From Piscinibacter sp. (GTDB lineage: Bacteria; Pseudomonadota; Gammaproteobacteria; Burkholderiales; Burkholderiaceae_C), in NCBI RefSeq assembly GCF_036377015.1, contig NZ_DASUZE010000116.1: a stretch of 64,000 bases of DNA; one strand, given 5' to 3'. A model generated the notes under the pieces. The model saw only the letters and a program-made list of their open reading frames with translations. It ran no database searches and had not been told where the DNA came from. Positions 16,577 through 26,165 of the stretch are shown here, piece after piece. A program made the translations under genes and the position numbers. Each line of letters begins with the position of its first letter. Position 1 is the first letter of the stretch.

Positions 16577-17329
16577 ATGGATCTGCGCTGGGAGATCCTT
16601 GCCGGCTACGGGCCGCTCTTCGCCGACGGCCTGTGGGGGACCATCCAGCTGACGGTGGTCGCCATCGGCGCAGGCCTGGTGCTGGGCGTGCTGCTGGGCC
16701 TGATCAGCAGCTCGGCCGATGCGCCGCGTCCCAAGACGCAGCCGCTGGCCTGGCTGATGCGCGGGCTGCGCCTGGTGACGCTGGGCTACGTCACCTTCTT
16801 CCGCGGCACCCCGCTGTTCGTGCAGATCCTGCTCGTGCACTTCGCCGTCATGCCGACCTTGATCCACCCGGACAACGGTCTGCTCCTCGCAGGCGATGCG
16901 GCGCGCGAGTTTCGGCAATCGCACGGCGCGTTCTTCTCCGGCGCACTGGCATTGACGCTCAATGCCGGTGCGTACATCTCCGAGATCTTTCGCGCCGGCA
17001 TCCAGAGCATCCACCTGGGCCAGACCCAGGCCGCCTACAGCCTGGGCCTGACCCACGGCCAGGCGATGCGCTTCGTGGTGCTGCCGCAGGCCTTCCGCCG
17101 GATGATGCCGGCGCTGGTGAATGAAGGCATCACGCTCATCAAGGACTCCTCGCTGGTCTCGGCCATCGGCTTTGCCGAGCTGGCCCTGGCCGCACGCACT
17201 GTCGCCGGCGCGTACTCCCGCTACTGGGAGCCCTACCTCGCGATCTCGGCGCTGTACCTCGTCCTGACCCTGCTCCTGTCCTCGCTGGCCCGCCGGCTCG
17301 AGGCGCCCGCGCACCTGCGTGGACGCTGA
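16577..17329 (+). CDS. Amino acid ABC transporter permease
   Basis: FFRGTPLFVQI, AYISEIFRAGI, LIKDSSL. Confidence 0.92.
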   Translation: MDLRWEILAGYGPLFADGLWGTIQLTVVAIGAGLVLGVLLGLISSSADAPRPKTQPLAWLMRGLRLVTLGYVTFFRGTPLFVQILLVHFAVMPTLIHPDNGLLLAGDAAREFRQSHGAFFSGALALTLNAGAYISEIFRAGIQSIHLGQTQAAYSLGLTHGQAMRFVVLPQAFRRMMPALVNEGITLIKDSSLVSAIGFAELALAARTVAGAYSRYWEPYLAISALYLVLTLLLSSLARRLEAPAHLRGR

Positions 17330-17496
17330 CGCGCCCCGCGCGGGGGCGCGCTTGTTACGCGCGGATGTAGCGCCGGCGCGACAGTCCGCCGATCGGCAGT
17401 CATAGACTCTCACCCTGCGTTCCGCGTGGCCTAGACCACCTGGACCCACCGCTCTCTCTACCGCGAGTCAACCAACACCCAAGAAGGGGATCCCTC

Positions 17497-18462
17497 ATGA
17501 AACGCTCCATCTACTTGGCCGCCCTGGCCGCTCTCGCCTCCACCAGCGCCTTCGCCCAAAGCAGCGTCACCGTCTACGGCCGCCTCAACGCCACCGTCGA
17601 GCGCCAGAAGACCGGCAGCAACTCGATCTACGCCCTGCAGAACAACGCCTCGCGCATCGGCTTCAAGGGCCTCGAGGACCTCGGCGGCGGCCTCAAGGCC
17701 GGCTTCCTGATCGAGCACGGCTTCAACGTCGACACCGGCGCGCAATCGCAGACCGCGTTCTGGGCTCGTGAGAGCAACGTGTACCTGCAAGGCACCTTCG
17801 GCAAGGTGCGCCTGGGCAACATGGGCCCGACCGCGGCCTACTTCGCCCTCGCCGACTACATCAGCATGCACAACCACGACACGGGCACGTCGTCGGATGC
17901 GTTCTACCTGTACCCCGGCGATGCCCGCAACATGATCGCCTACACCTCGCCGACCTTCAGCGGCCTGCAGGTCGAAGCGCAAGTCGGCCTGGGTGAAAAC
18001 CAGCGCCCGCGCACCAATGTGCTGGCCGCCAACTACGACGCCGGCCCGCTGCACCTGGGTGCCGGCTGGGTCAAGCAGGACAAGACCAAGGAACTGGGCG
18101 TGCGTGGCCTGTACGAGCTGGGCGCGTTCACGGTCGGCGCGTACTTCATCCGCAACGAGTTCGACGTGCTGGGCGTGACCAACAAGCGCAACTCCTACCG
18201 CGTGTCGGGCATGTACGCCATCGGCGAAGGCGAGATCCACGCCAACGTCGGCTGGGCCGGCAAGATCAAGTCGGGCGGCACGACCATCGCCAACAGCGAC
18301 GCCATGCAGTACACCATCGGCTACAACCACAACCTGAGCAAGCGCACCAAGGTGTACGGCTTCTACACCGCCGTGAACAACAAGGCCGCTGCCGCCTACA
18401 ACGTGGGCACCCCGGGCGCCGACTTCTCGTCGCTCGCCGTGGGCATCCGCCACAACTTCTGA
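17497..18462 (+). CDS. Gram-negative trimeric porin
   Basis: Signal peptide, QSSVTVYG, SRIGFKGLEDLGGGL, C-terminal GIRHNF. Confidence 0.93.
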   Translation: MKRSIYLAALAALASTSAFAQSSVTVYGRLNATVERQKTGSNSIYALQNNASRIGFKGLEDLGGGLKAGFLIEHGFNVDTGAQSQTAFWARESNVYLQGTFGKVRLGNMGPTAAYFALADYISMHNHDTGTSSDAFYLYPGDARNMIAYTSPTFSGLQVEAQVGLGENQRPRTNVLAANYDAGPLHLGAGWVKQDKTKELGVRGLYELGAFTVGAYFIRNEFDVLGVTNKRNSYRVSGMYAIGEGEIHANVGWAGKIKSGGTTIANSDAMQYTIGYNHNLSKRTKVYGFYTAVNNKAAAAYNVGTPGADFSSLAVGIRHNF

Positions 18463-18481
18463 TCGCGTTTCACGCGCATGC

Positions 18482-18510
18482 AAAGGCCGGTCGCGAGACC
18501 GGCCTTTTTT
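18482..18510 (+). terminator. Rho-independent terminator, probably bidirectional (porin / marC)
   Basis: AAAGGCCGGTC-GCGA-GACCGGCCTTTTTT. Confidence 0.85.
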
Positions 18511-18520
18511 CTTGGCTGCG

Positions 18521-19114
18521 TCAGCTGAAGAAGTAGCGCTTCAGGCCGGCCAGCACCATCTCGACGGCGATCGCCGTCAGCACCAGGCCCATCAGCTTCT
18601 CGAGCGCCGAGACCACCGAGTCGCCGAGCAGCTTGCGGATGCGGTCGCACAGCAGCAGCACGGCCCCCGAGACCGCCATGGCGCAGGTCAGCGCCGCCAC
18701 CCACTCCATCAGCCGGTCGGGCTGGCGCGATGCGAGCAGCAGCACCGTGGCCATCGCCGACGGGCCGGCCAGCAGCGGCACGGCGAGCGGAAAGATCAGC
18801 GGCTCGCGGCCTTCCGGCATGCCGTACACGCCGCCCTCGTGGCTGAAGATCATGCGGATCGCGACCATCAGCAGGATCACGCCGCCGGCCACCTCCAGCG
18901 AGCGCTCCGACAGGTGCATCACGCGCAGGAAGGCGTCGCCGAAGAACATGAAGCCGAACAGCACGGCGAAGGCGATCACCACCTCGCGCACCGCCACGCG
19001 GCTGCGCCGCTCGCGCGGCACGCTGCGCATGATGGGGATGAAGATCGGCAGGCTGCCGAGCGGGTCGAGGACCAGCAGCAGCAGGATGAATGCGGAGAGG
19101 AAGCTGTGGTCCAT
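18521..19114 (-). CDS. MarC family membrane protein
   Basis: LDPLGSLPIF, IFPLAVPLLAGPSAM, KLMGLVLTAIAVEM. Confidence 0.92.
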   Translation of the reverse strand: MDHSFLSAFILLLLVLDPLGSLPIFIPIMRSVPRERRSRVAVREVVIAFAVLFGFMFFGDAFLRVMHLSERSLEVAGGVILLMVAIRMIFSHEGGVYGMPEGREPLIFPLAVPLLAGPSAMATVLLLASRQPDRLMEWVAALTCAMAVSGAVLLLCDRIRKLLGDSVVSALEKLMGLVLTAIAVEMVLAGLKRYFFS

Positions 19115-19150
19115 GGCCGGCGCATTGTGCGCGATGGCCGCGGCGCGGGC

Positions 19151-20836
19151 TCAGCGCGTGAACGACCAGTCGAGCCGGACGCTTCCCTCGACGCGGCTGC
19201 CCTGGATCGTGCTGCCGTCGCCGCTCAGCGTGCCCTGCACGTCCCAGCCCCAGCCCACCAGCGCAGGACGCGTGGCGCTGGCCTTCGGGCAGACGGCCGT
19301 CAGGCTCGCGTTCCAGAACGTGATCAGCCGCGCCTTGTACGTCGGCGGACTCACGCTGTCGTCGATCTCCAGCATGGCCAGCTGCGGGTCGGCCGACACC
19401 GGCTGCTGCGAGGGCGTGACCGTGGTCGTGCAGCCGTCGTCGAGCACCTCCACGTCCATGGTGCCGGTGGCCCGGTAGCGGGTGATGGTGCCGCTGCTCG
19501 CGGCCGGGTCGCGGTTCCAGTTCAGCGGCACCGCGACCTTGATCGTCGTGCCCGCGTCCGACGGACCGTCGACCGCCGACATGGTGCCGGTCCAGGTGTC
19601 GCCGACGATGGTCACGGCCGACGACAGGACGAGCGTGCGGCCGGTCTTCGCGCTGGTGCTCTGGAAGCTCACGATGACGGTGCGCGGATCGGGCACCTCG
19701 CGCGGCGCGGTGTAGGTGGCGCCGACGCTGCCGCTCGCCGCCACGCGGCCGTAGGTCGCGTCGCCGCCCTCCTGGAGGAACACCAGCCACTTGCGCGCGA
19801 AGCCGGCCTTCTCGTTGAGGAAGGGAATCTCCTTGGTGTCCAGGATGGGAGACGCCAGGCACAGCTCGAGGCCGTCGTCGTCGGTCTCGCACTGGCTCAT
19901 CACGCTGCCGATGGCCACGCGGGTGCGCGCGTAGGGCACCAGCGCGAGCGTGCGGCCGACCGGCACCGAGGCCTTCTTCGGCGCGAGATGGAAGGCCAGG
20001 TACTTGACCGCGCGGAACTCGATCGCCACCGACGCACCCCGGCCTGCCGCGGCGGCCTGCGCCGATCGCAGCGGCGCGAGCATGTCGGGCAGGAGGGTCG
20101 AGCTCAGCGTGCGTGTCGCCTTGTCCGCTTGCGCCAACGGCAGCGACAGCCAGCTGCCGTCGTTGCGCTGCATCGCGATGCGCAGGCCATCGGCCTGCGG
20201 CATCAGCGCGTCGCCGTAGCCGAAGCGCAGCGTGAGCGGCTTGGCCGGCGCGGCAGCGAGCCGGACTCGCAGGCCGTCGTCGCGACCGTCGGGCGCGGTG
20301 TTGGTCACGCCTTGCAGCGTGATCTCGGTGTCGGCCGCGAACGCGCCGGCGGGGACGTCGATGCTCACCGCGCCGTCGGGCGATACCAGCCGCCCGCCGG
20401 CCGCGCCGACGGTGTGCACGGCGCCGGCCCCTTGCTCCGTGCCGACCGCGGTGATCACCGCATCGTCGTCGCCGGTCGTGGCGCTGCGCTCGGCCACCAC
20501 ATCCTGGCTGGCGCCCAAGGCGACAAGGCGATAGGCATACGTGGTGTGGCGGGCGAGGCCGGTGTCGAGGTAGTAGCTCGCGCCGGCGTCCAGCGTGGCG
20601 ATGGCTTCATAGGCACCGGCGCCACTCTTGCGCTCGATGACGACGCCCGCCGCGCCCGCCTTCCAGCCCAGGCTCACGGTGCTCGCCGAGTTCCCGATCG
20701 CGACGAGCTGCAGGTCGGTCGTCGGCGCTGACGGATCGTCGGCCGCGGCCGTGCTGCCGCCTCCTGCGCCTCCGCAGCCGGCGATGATCACGGCCGCGGC
20801 GATGGCCAGCAGCACGATGCGGATGAATGAGCCCAT
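19151..20836 (-). CDS. Large lipoprotein with FN3-like and ZU5-like beta-rich domains
   Basis: Start MGSFIRIVLLAIAAAVIIAGC (lipobox); FN3-like VSLGW...YYLDTGL...YAYRLVA; ZU5-like GAAGGRLVSPDGAVSIDVPAGAF; Ser/Thr-rich. Confidence 0.75.
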   Translation of the reverse strand: MGSFIRIVLLAIAAAVIIAGCGGAGGGSTAAADDPSAPTTDLQLVAIGNSASTVSLGWKAGAAGVVIERKSGAGAYEAIATLDAGASYYLDTGLARHTTYAYRLVALGASQDVVAERSATTGDDDAVITAVGTEQGAGAVHTVGAAGGRLVSPDGAVSIDVPAGAFAADTEITLQGVTNTAPDGRDDGLRVRLAAAPAKPLTLRFGYGDALMPQADGLRIAMQRNDGSWLSLPLAQADKATRTLSSTLLPDMLAPLRSAQAAAAGRGASVAIEFRAVKYLAFHLAPKKASVPVGRTLALVPYARTRVAIGSVMSQCETDDDGLELCLASPILDTKEIPFLNEKAGFARKWLVFLQEGGDATYGRVAASGSVGATYTAPREVPDPRTVIVSFQSTSAKTGRTLVLSSAVTIVGDTWTGTMSAVDGPSDAGTTIKVAVPLNWNRDPAASSGTITRYRATGTMDVEVLDDGCTTTVTPSQQPVSADPQLAMLEIDDSVSPPTYKARLITFWNASLTAVCPKASATRPALVGWGWDVQGTLSGDGSTIQGSRVEGSVRLDWSFTR

Positions 20837-20875
20837 GGTGTTCCCTCGGATGTCGGACGTTGGCGATGGGGCGCG

Positions 20876-20922
20876 AGTCTGATCGGAGGGCCCTGCAGCC
20901 ACATCGCCCGTTGGAGCCATGG
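20876..20922 (-). promoter_or_regulatory. CGATG box copy 1 plus -10 (CAGACT) upstream of lipoprotein
   Basis: Sense CCATGGCTCCAACGGGCGATGTG (20900-20922), 18 nt, CAGACT (20876-20881). Confidence 0.7.
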
Positions 20923-20943
20923 CCCGTTCGGGCGAGCGCGGCG

Positions 20944-22338
20944 TCAACGGTCGACCCGCGCGCACCCGCCGTCCGGCAGCTCGCCTTCGCGCATCAGCCG
21001 CAGACGAACGGCCGGCTGGACCAGCGCCGGATCCAGCGCCAGTGCAACCTCGAAGGCCCGTCGCGCCTGCGCGCTGCGGCAATCGAGGGCCAGCGCGTGG
21101 CCCAGGTTGGCGAAGGCGCGCGCGTTGTGCGGCGACTTGCGAGCCACGTCGCCCCAGTAGGCGATCTCGTCGGCATAGACGCGGTTGCGCTCCCAGGTGG
21201 CGCAGCCCAGCACGAGCAGGATCATGGGCACCAGCCAGGCCTGCACGCCGCGCGGCACGCATCGAACGAGCGCCCACGCCGCGAGAAAGGCCGGACCGAC
21301 CAAGGCGAGGTAGAGCTGGCGCTCGTTGGCCAGGTCCAGTCGCGGCAACAGCGAGTTCGTCGGGGCGAGCCACAGCAGGAACCACAGCAGTGCGAAGGCA
21401 GCGACGCGATGGCGCCGCAGGCCCCACGCGCCGGCCACGAGCAGTGCGATCCAGACCGCGGCGTGCGCCATCGAAAGCAGTCCAGGCGCGGTCTCGACGA
21501 TCAGCGCCGGATCGGCATTGAGCCCGTCCAGCCGCACCAGCTGGCCGGCGAGATAGGACACGGCCTGGGCCTGCGCCAGCAGGTTGTCGCCCAGCTCGCG
21601 CGCCGCCAGGCTGGCTGCCAGCAGCTCCCGGTAGCGCGGCACGGCGCACGCCGCGATCAACGCGGCCGCGACCAGCAGCAGGTGCAGCCGGCTGTCGCGC
21701 CATGCGCTGCGCCACCACGCGCCATCGCCGGCCAGCACGCCGGCGCACAGCCACAGCGCGGCCGGCACGACGAGCGCGAACTCCTTGCAGGCCAGGGCCG
21801 CCCCCAGCGCCAGCGGCGACGCGACGAAGACGAGGGCCCGGCTGCCTCGATCGCGCCCCTGCAGCCACAGCGCGATGCTCGCGAGCGCGAAGAACGCCGC
21901 CAGCGAGGTCGAGCGCCCCGACACGTAGGTCACCGCCTCGGTCTGCACCGGGTGCAAGGCGAACACCGCCGTTGCGAGCCAGGCCGTGCGACGGCGACCT
22001 TCCTCGTCGAGCGCCAGCCGCGAGGCCAGGCGCCGCAGCAGCCAGGCCACCCACAAGGTGTTGCCGGCGTGCACGGCGAGGTTGACGGCATGGAAGCCCG
22101 CCAGCCCCCAGCCGGACACATGGTTCAGCGCGACGCTCAGCTTGAGCAGCGGCCGGATGCCCGGCTGCGCACGCCACCAGGCCGACACCGACTGCACGCT
22201 GGATTCGCGCACGATGACGTTGAAGTCGTCGAACTGGAAGCCACCCGCGAAGGCATTGGCATACGCCAGCGCGACGGCGACGAGCAAGGCCAGGCCGAAC
22301 CAGGCCACCGGCACCGGCAGTGGGGCCGCGTCACGCAT
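20944..22338 (-). CDS. TMTC-like GT-C membrane glycosyltransferase with C-terminal TPR
   Basis: DD motif after first TM (GGFQFDDFNVI), HPVQTEAVTYVSGR, ERQLYL, multiple TM helices, TPR-like tail (ARAFANLGHAL). Confidence 0.7.
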   Translation of the reverse strand: MRDAAPLPVPVAWFGLALLVAVALAYANAFAGGFQFDDFNVIVRESSVQSVSAWWRAQPGIRPLLKLSVALNHVSGWGLAGFHAVNLAVHAGNTLWVAWLLRRLASRLALDEEGRRRTAWLATAVFALHPVQTEAVTYVSGRSTSLAAFFALASIALWLQGRDRGSRALVFVASPLALGAALACKEFALVVPAALWLCAGVLAGDGAWWRSAWRDSRLHLLLVAAALIAACAVPRYRELLAASLAARELGDNLLAQAQAVSYLAGQLVRLDGLNADPALIVETAPGLLSMAHAAVWIALLVAGAWGLRRHRVAAFALLWFLLWLAPTNSLLPRLDLANERQLYLALVGPAFLAAWALVRCVPRGVQAWLVPMILLVLGCATWERNRVYADEIAYWGDVARKSPHNARAFANLGHALALDCRSAQARRAFEVALALDPALVQPAVRLRLMREGELPDGGCARVDR

Positions 22339-22352
22339 GTGCCACTCGCCCT

Positions 22353-23363
22353 TCAGCGCCCGAACAGGCCCTTGAGCAGCTGCCTGCCCTTCTCGATCGC
22401 CTCCTGGCGCGGGCTGCCCTCGGACGCTGCCGGTGCAGGCTCGGCGCCGGCGGTGCTCGAGACCTTGCGGATGCGCGTGCCGCCCCCGGCCAGGGTGGGA
22501 TCGTCCGACGCCACCGCGCCGCAGAACTCGCGGTACTTCTCCGCCGGCGGCGAGCTGAAGTTGCGGCCCGCGCATTCGCGCACCACCAAGGCACGCGCAT
22601 AGCCGCGCGAGACGCACCCGTTGACCAGCACGCCCAGCGCTTCCTGCTGCTCGGCGAGCCGGCACACGCTGGTGCTGATCGCCTCGTCGCTGGTGCCGCA
22701 GAGCTCGGCGCCTTCCTTCAGGTCGCCGCTGCTGATGCCGGCGACCATCGACGGGCGGCGGTTGCCGACGAGCGCGAAGCCCTCGGCCGATTGCAGGCGC
22801 CGGCAGAAGTCGGCCTTGTACTTCGGCTCGCACTGCCAGGGCGAGTCGGCGCGCAGGTTCTGCGGCATCAGGTTGTCGACCGCCGACTTGCACTGCATGA
22901 CCCGGACGTCGTCGGCCTGGCGCTGCGCCGAGGCGGCCTGCTGCTTCACCGCGGCCAGCTGGCGCCTGGCCTCGCCGGCGTCGCACTCGCCCACGCGGCG
23001 GCCGCTCATCTTCATGGTCATGCTGCGACCGGCCATGTCCATCGTCCAGGCGCCCTGGTAGCGGTCGCGGCCCTCGTAGCGGATCTCGCCCGAGCCGCTC
23101 AGGTTGCCCTCGCAGCGCATCTTCCAGGCCATGCCGCTCGCGCTGCGACGCACATCCAGCATCTCGCAGTGGCCGCTGGGGTCCGACAGGGGCGCGCTCT
23201 CGTTGCCCTTGGGGCTGCAGCGGCGATGCGTCTGGGGCCGCGCCGGCATGCCGCTCATCTGCGCCTCGACGGTGTCTTCCCAGAGATCACCGGGTTCGGT
23301 GGGCGGCTGCGCCCAGGACACGCTGGCGCCCCAAAGGCACAGCAGGACAAGCGTTCGGATCAT
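22353..23363 (-). CDS. Secreted DUF3617-like protein with Cys-rich C-terminal extension
   Basis: Signal peptide; PGDLWEDT, C...CEM...WKMRCEG, SGRRVGEC; 8 further Cys in the extension. Confidence 0.72.
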   Translation of the reverse strand: MIRTLVLLCLWGASVSWAQPPTEPGDLWEDTVEAQMSGMPARPQTHRRCSPKGNESAPLSDPSGHCEMLDVRRSASGMAWKMRCEGNLSGSGEIRYEGRDRYQGAWTMDMAGRSMTMKMSGRRVGECDAGEARRQLAAVKQQAASAQRQADDVRVMQCKSAVDNLMPQNLRADSPWQCEPKYKADFCRRLQSAEGFALVGNRRPSMVAGISSGDLKEGAELCGTSDEAISTSVCRLAEQQEALGVLVNGCVSRGYARALVVRECAGRNFSSPPAEKYREFCGAVASDDPTLAGGGTRIRKVSSTAGAEPAPAASEGSPRQEAIEKGRQLLKGLFGR

Positions 23364-23391
23364 GCAAGGCTCCTCGATGAAGAAGGCCCGC

Positions 23392-23438
23392 ACTCTAGGC
23401 AGCCGGCGCGCCGGCGGCATCGGTCAAAGGAGCCATCG
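23392..23438 (-). promoter_or_regulatory. CGATG box copy 2 plus -10 (TAGAGT) upstream of DUF3617-TMTC operon
   Basis: Sense CGATGGCTCCTTTGACCGATGCC (23416-23438), 18 nt, TAGAGT (23392-23397). Confidence 0.75.
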
Positions 23439-23479
23439 GGGCGAGCCACGAAGCCCTCAAGTTAGGGACAATCGGACAG

Positions 23480-26152
23480 ATGATCACGCCTGCCATCGCT
23501 GCGCAGAGCTTTGCGCTCACCAAGATCCAGGCCCCGCGGCCGCGCTCGCGGCTGATCGAGCGCGACGCGCTCGAGCAGCGCCTCGCCGAGGCGCTCGCGC
23601 ACAAGCCGCTGGTGCTGATCAGCGCACCCGCGGGCTTCGGCAAGACCGCCGCCATCACGCGCCAGCTCAACCTGCTGCCGGCAGGCACGGCGCTGGCCTG
23701 GGTGGCAGCCGACGAAGACGACGACCTCGGCCGTCTGGCGGCCTGCCTGATCGCCGCGCTGGAGCCCTTCGACCTGCCTTGGCGCACCTCGCCCGACGCG
23801 CTGGTGGCCGCCCAGGACGGCCAGCGCACGACCCGCCAGGCGCTGGCCAGCGAGCTGCTCAACGCGCTGGCCGCCACCGAAGTGCCGCGCGGGCTCATCG
23901 TGCTCGACGACGCACATCGCATCTCGGATCCCGCGGTGTTCGACTTCCTCGACACGCTGCTCGAGCGCATGCCGCCGCACTGGAGCCTGCTCATCGCCAG
24001 CCGCGTCGATCCGCCCCTGGCCCTCGCCAGGCGGCGCGCGCGCGGCGAGCTGGCGGAGTTCCGCCAGCAGGACCTGGGCTTCTCCGGCGAGGAGGTGCGC
24101 GACCTGGTCCACGAACGCGGCCTGCGCTGGACGCAGGAGCAGATCGACCAACTGGCCGAGCGCACCCAGGGTTGGCCGGCCGGCCTGGGGCTGGCCCTGA
24201 ACCACGGCGGCGCCACGCCGGCGGGCAACTTGCGCGACCGCCACGTGTTCGACTACCTCGCCACCGAGGTGCTCGACGGCCTGGAGCCCTCCCTGCGTGC
24301 GTTCCTGCTGCGCTGCTCGGTGCTGCCCGAGCTGACGGCGGCGCGCTGTGCGATGGTCAGCGGCGATCCCCTCGCGCCGCGCCGCCTCGAAGAGATCGAG
24401 CGGCGCGGCCTGTTCGTCTCGGTGCGCGGCGAGGAGCGCGGCGAGCCCATCCTGTGCCTGCACGACCTGTTCCGCGATTGCCTCGACGAGCGCCTGCGCA
24501 GCGAGCTCGGGCCGGAGCTGCCGGTGCTGCTCCAGCGCGCGGCCGACACCGAGCCCGACCTGGTCCGCCGCATCGGCTACCTGGCCCGCGCCGGCGCGTG
24601 GCGGACCGCCGAGGAAACGCTGTACGAGCTCGGCCCGGGCTTGCTCGCCCGCGGCGCGGTCGTGCCCATGCTGCGACTGCTGGAGCAATTCCCGGCCGCG
24701 CAGCGCGAGGAGTCTCCGCTGCTCGCTCACCTGCGCGGCCTGTGCGCCTGGGCCCACTGGGACCTGCTCACCATGTGCCGCTCGCTCGAGCGCGCCGCCC
24801 GCGCCTTCGCGGAACGCGGCATGCCCGGCGCCGCACAGCGCGCCCAGGTGCTGGTGGTGCTCGGCCTGGCCGCCGGTGGGCAGGTGCTGCGCTCGATGGA
24901 GCTGCTCGAAGCGCTGCGCCGCCAGCCCCTCGACAGCGCCACCGAGACCACCTGCTGGCAGGCCAGCAGCTGGCATGCGCTGGCGGCCTCTCACTTCGAC
25001 CAAGTGGCCGTACCCTTCACCCGCACCCTGGACCTGCTCGAGCGCAGCGAGGACCCCTTGCTGTGGCTGCAGTGCGTCCCGCTGACCTCGTTCGTCGGCC
25101 TGCCCCACACCCGTGCTCCGCTGCGGCGCTACATCGACGGCGCCCTGCGCCGCTCGCCCGAGGAGCCGCCCTCGCCGATGCGGGTGCTGGCGCATGCCCT
25201 GCAGGCCGGCTCGTGGCTATGGGAAGGCCGGGTCGAGGAAGCGGCCGAGCTGCTGGCGCGCGCCGACAAGGACTGCCGCTGGCTGAACCGGCCGCCCAAC
25301 CTGAGCGGCTACATCCATCTCTTCACCGGCCTGACGCAGGCCGTGCTCGGACATCGCGAGGCGGCGCTGGCGGCGGCCCAGTCGCGCCTGGACGGCCTGG
25401 AAGACGAGCGCACCAGCGGGCGCCGCGCGACCTGGCTGAGCCACTTCCTGTACGCCAAGGCCCGCGTCGCGCTGATCCTCGACGACGACGCCACGGTGCG
25501 CGAGATGGCCGCGCGCATCGCCGAGCGACACACGCCGGACGAAGTGCCGTTCTTCGTGCGCGAGCGGGGCCCGCTGCCGGGCCACCTGGCCGCGCTCGAC
25601 GAACGTTGGGACGAGGCTGCGGCGCGCTACGCGGCGGCACTCAACGATGCGCGCGGCATCGACATCTACGGCCAGGCGATCGAGACCCGGGTGCGCCTGG
25701 CCCACGCGCTGGTGATGCTGGGGCGCTTGCCCGAGGGGGCGCAGGCCCTCGCGCCGGTGTTCGCGGACGCACGCGCCGGCGGCGAGACCGGGCCGGTGCT
25801 GTTCGCCGGCGCCCGGGTGTGGCGCGCGCTCGGCGCGGCGCACTGGCGCGACCACCTGTCCGCCGGCGATCGCAGCCTGCTGGCCGGCTGGGCCCGGCGC
25901 ATGGAGGCCTTGCGCAGCGAGCCGGACGAGCCGGCCGCCGCGCCGGCCGCCGGCACCGGCGCCGTCGCGCTCAGCGCCCGCGAGCGCGACGTGCTCGCGC
26001 GCATCGCCTCCGGCGACAGCAACAAGCTCATCGCCCGCGCCTTCGACCTCAGCCCGCACACCGTGAAGCGTCACGTGGCGAACATCCTCGACAAGCTCGC
26101 CGTGCAGTCGCGCGGCCAGGCCGCGTCGTGGTACCGGGCGCACTCCCGGTAG
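23480..26152 (+). CDS. MalT-like STAND ATPase / LuxR HTH transcriptional activator 1
   Basis: APAGFGKT Walker A, LIVLDDAH Walker B, TQGWPAG, helical sensor region, C-terminal LuxR HTH. Confidence 0.92.
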   Translation: MITPAIAAQSFALTKIQAPRPRSRLIERDALEQRLAEALAHKPLVLISAPAGFGKTAAITRQLNLLPAGTALAWVAADEDDDLGRLAACLIAALEPFDLPWRTSPDALVAAQDGQRTTRQALASELLNALAATEVPRGLIVLDDAHRISDPAVFDFLDTLLERMPPHWSLLIASRVDPPLALARRRARGELAEFRQQDLGFSGEEVRDLVHERGLRWTQEQIDQLAERTQGWPAGLGLALNHGGATPAGNLRDRHVFDYLATEVLDGLEPSLRAFLLRCSVLPELTAARCAMVSGDPLAPRRLEEIERRGLFVSVRGEERGEPILCLHDLFRDCLDERLRSELGPELPVLLQRAADTEPDLVRRIGYLARAGAWRTAEETLYELGPGLLARGAVVPMLRLLEQFPAAQREESPLLAHLRGLCAWAHWDLLTMCRSLERAARAFAERGMPGAAQRAQVLVVLGLAAGGQVLRSMELLEALRRQPLDSATETTCWQASSWHALAASHFDQVAVPFTRTLDLLERSEDPLLWLQCVPLTSFVGLPHTRAPLRRYIDGALRRSPEEPPSPMRVLAHALQAGSWLWEGRVEEAAELLARADKDCRWLNRPPNLSGYIHLFTGLTQAVLGHREAALAAAQSRLDGLEDERTSGRRATWLSHFLYAKARVALILDDDATVREMAARIAERHTPDEVPFFVRERGPLPGHLAALDERWDEAAARYAAALNDARGIDIYGQAIETRVRLAHALVMLGRLPEGAQALAPVFADARAGGETGPVLFAGARVWRALGAAHWRDHLSAGDRSLLAGWARRMEALRSEPDEPAAAPAAGTGAVALSARERDVLARIASGDSNKLIARAFDLSPHTVKRHVANILDKLAVQSRGQAASWYRAHSR

Positions 26153-26165
26153 CGCCGGTGCGGGG

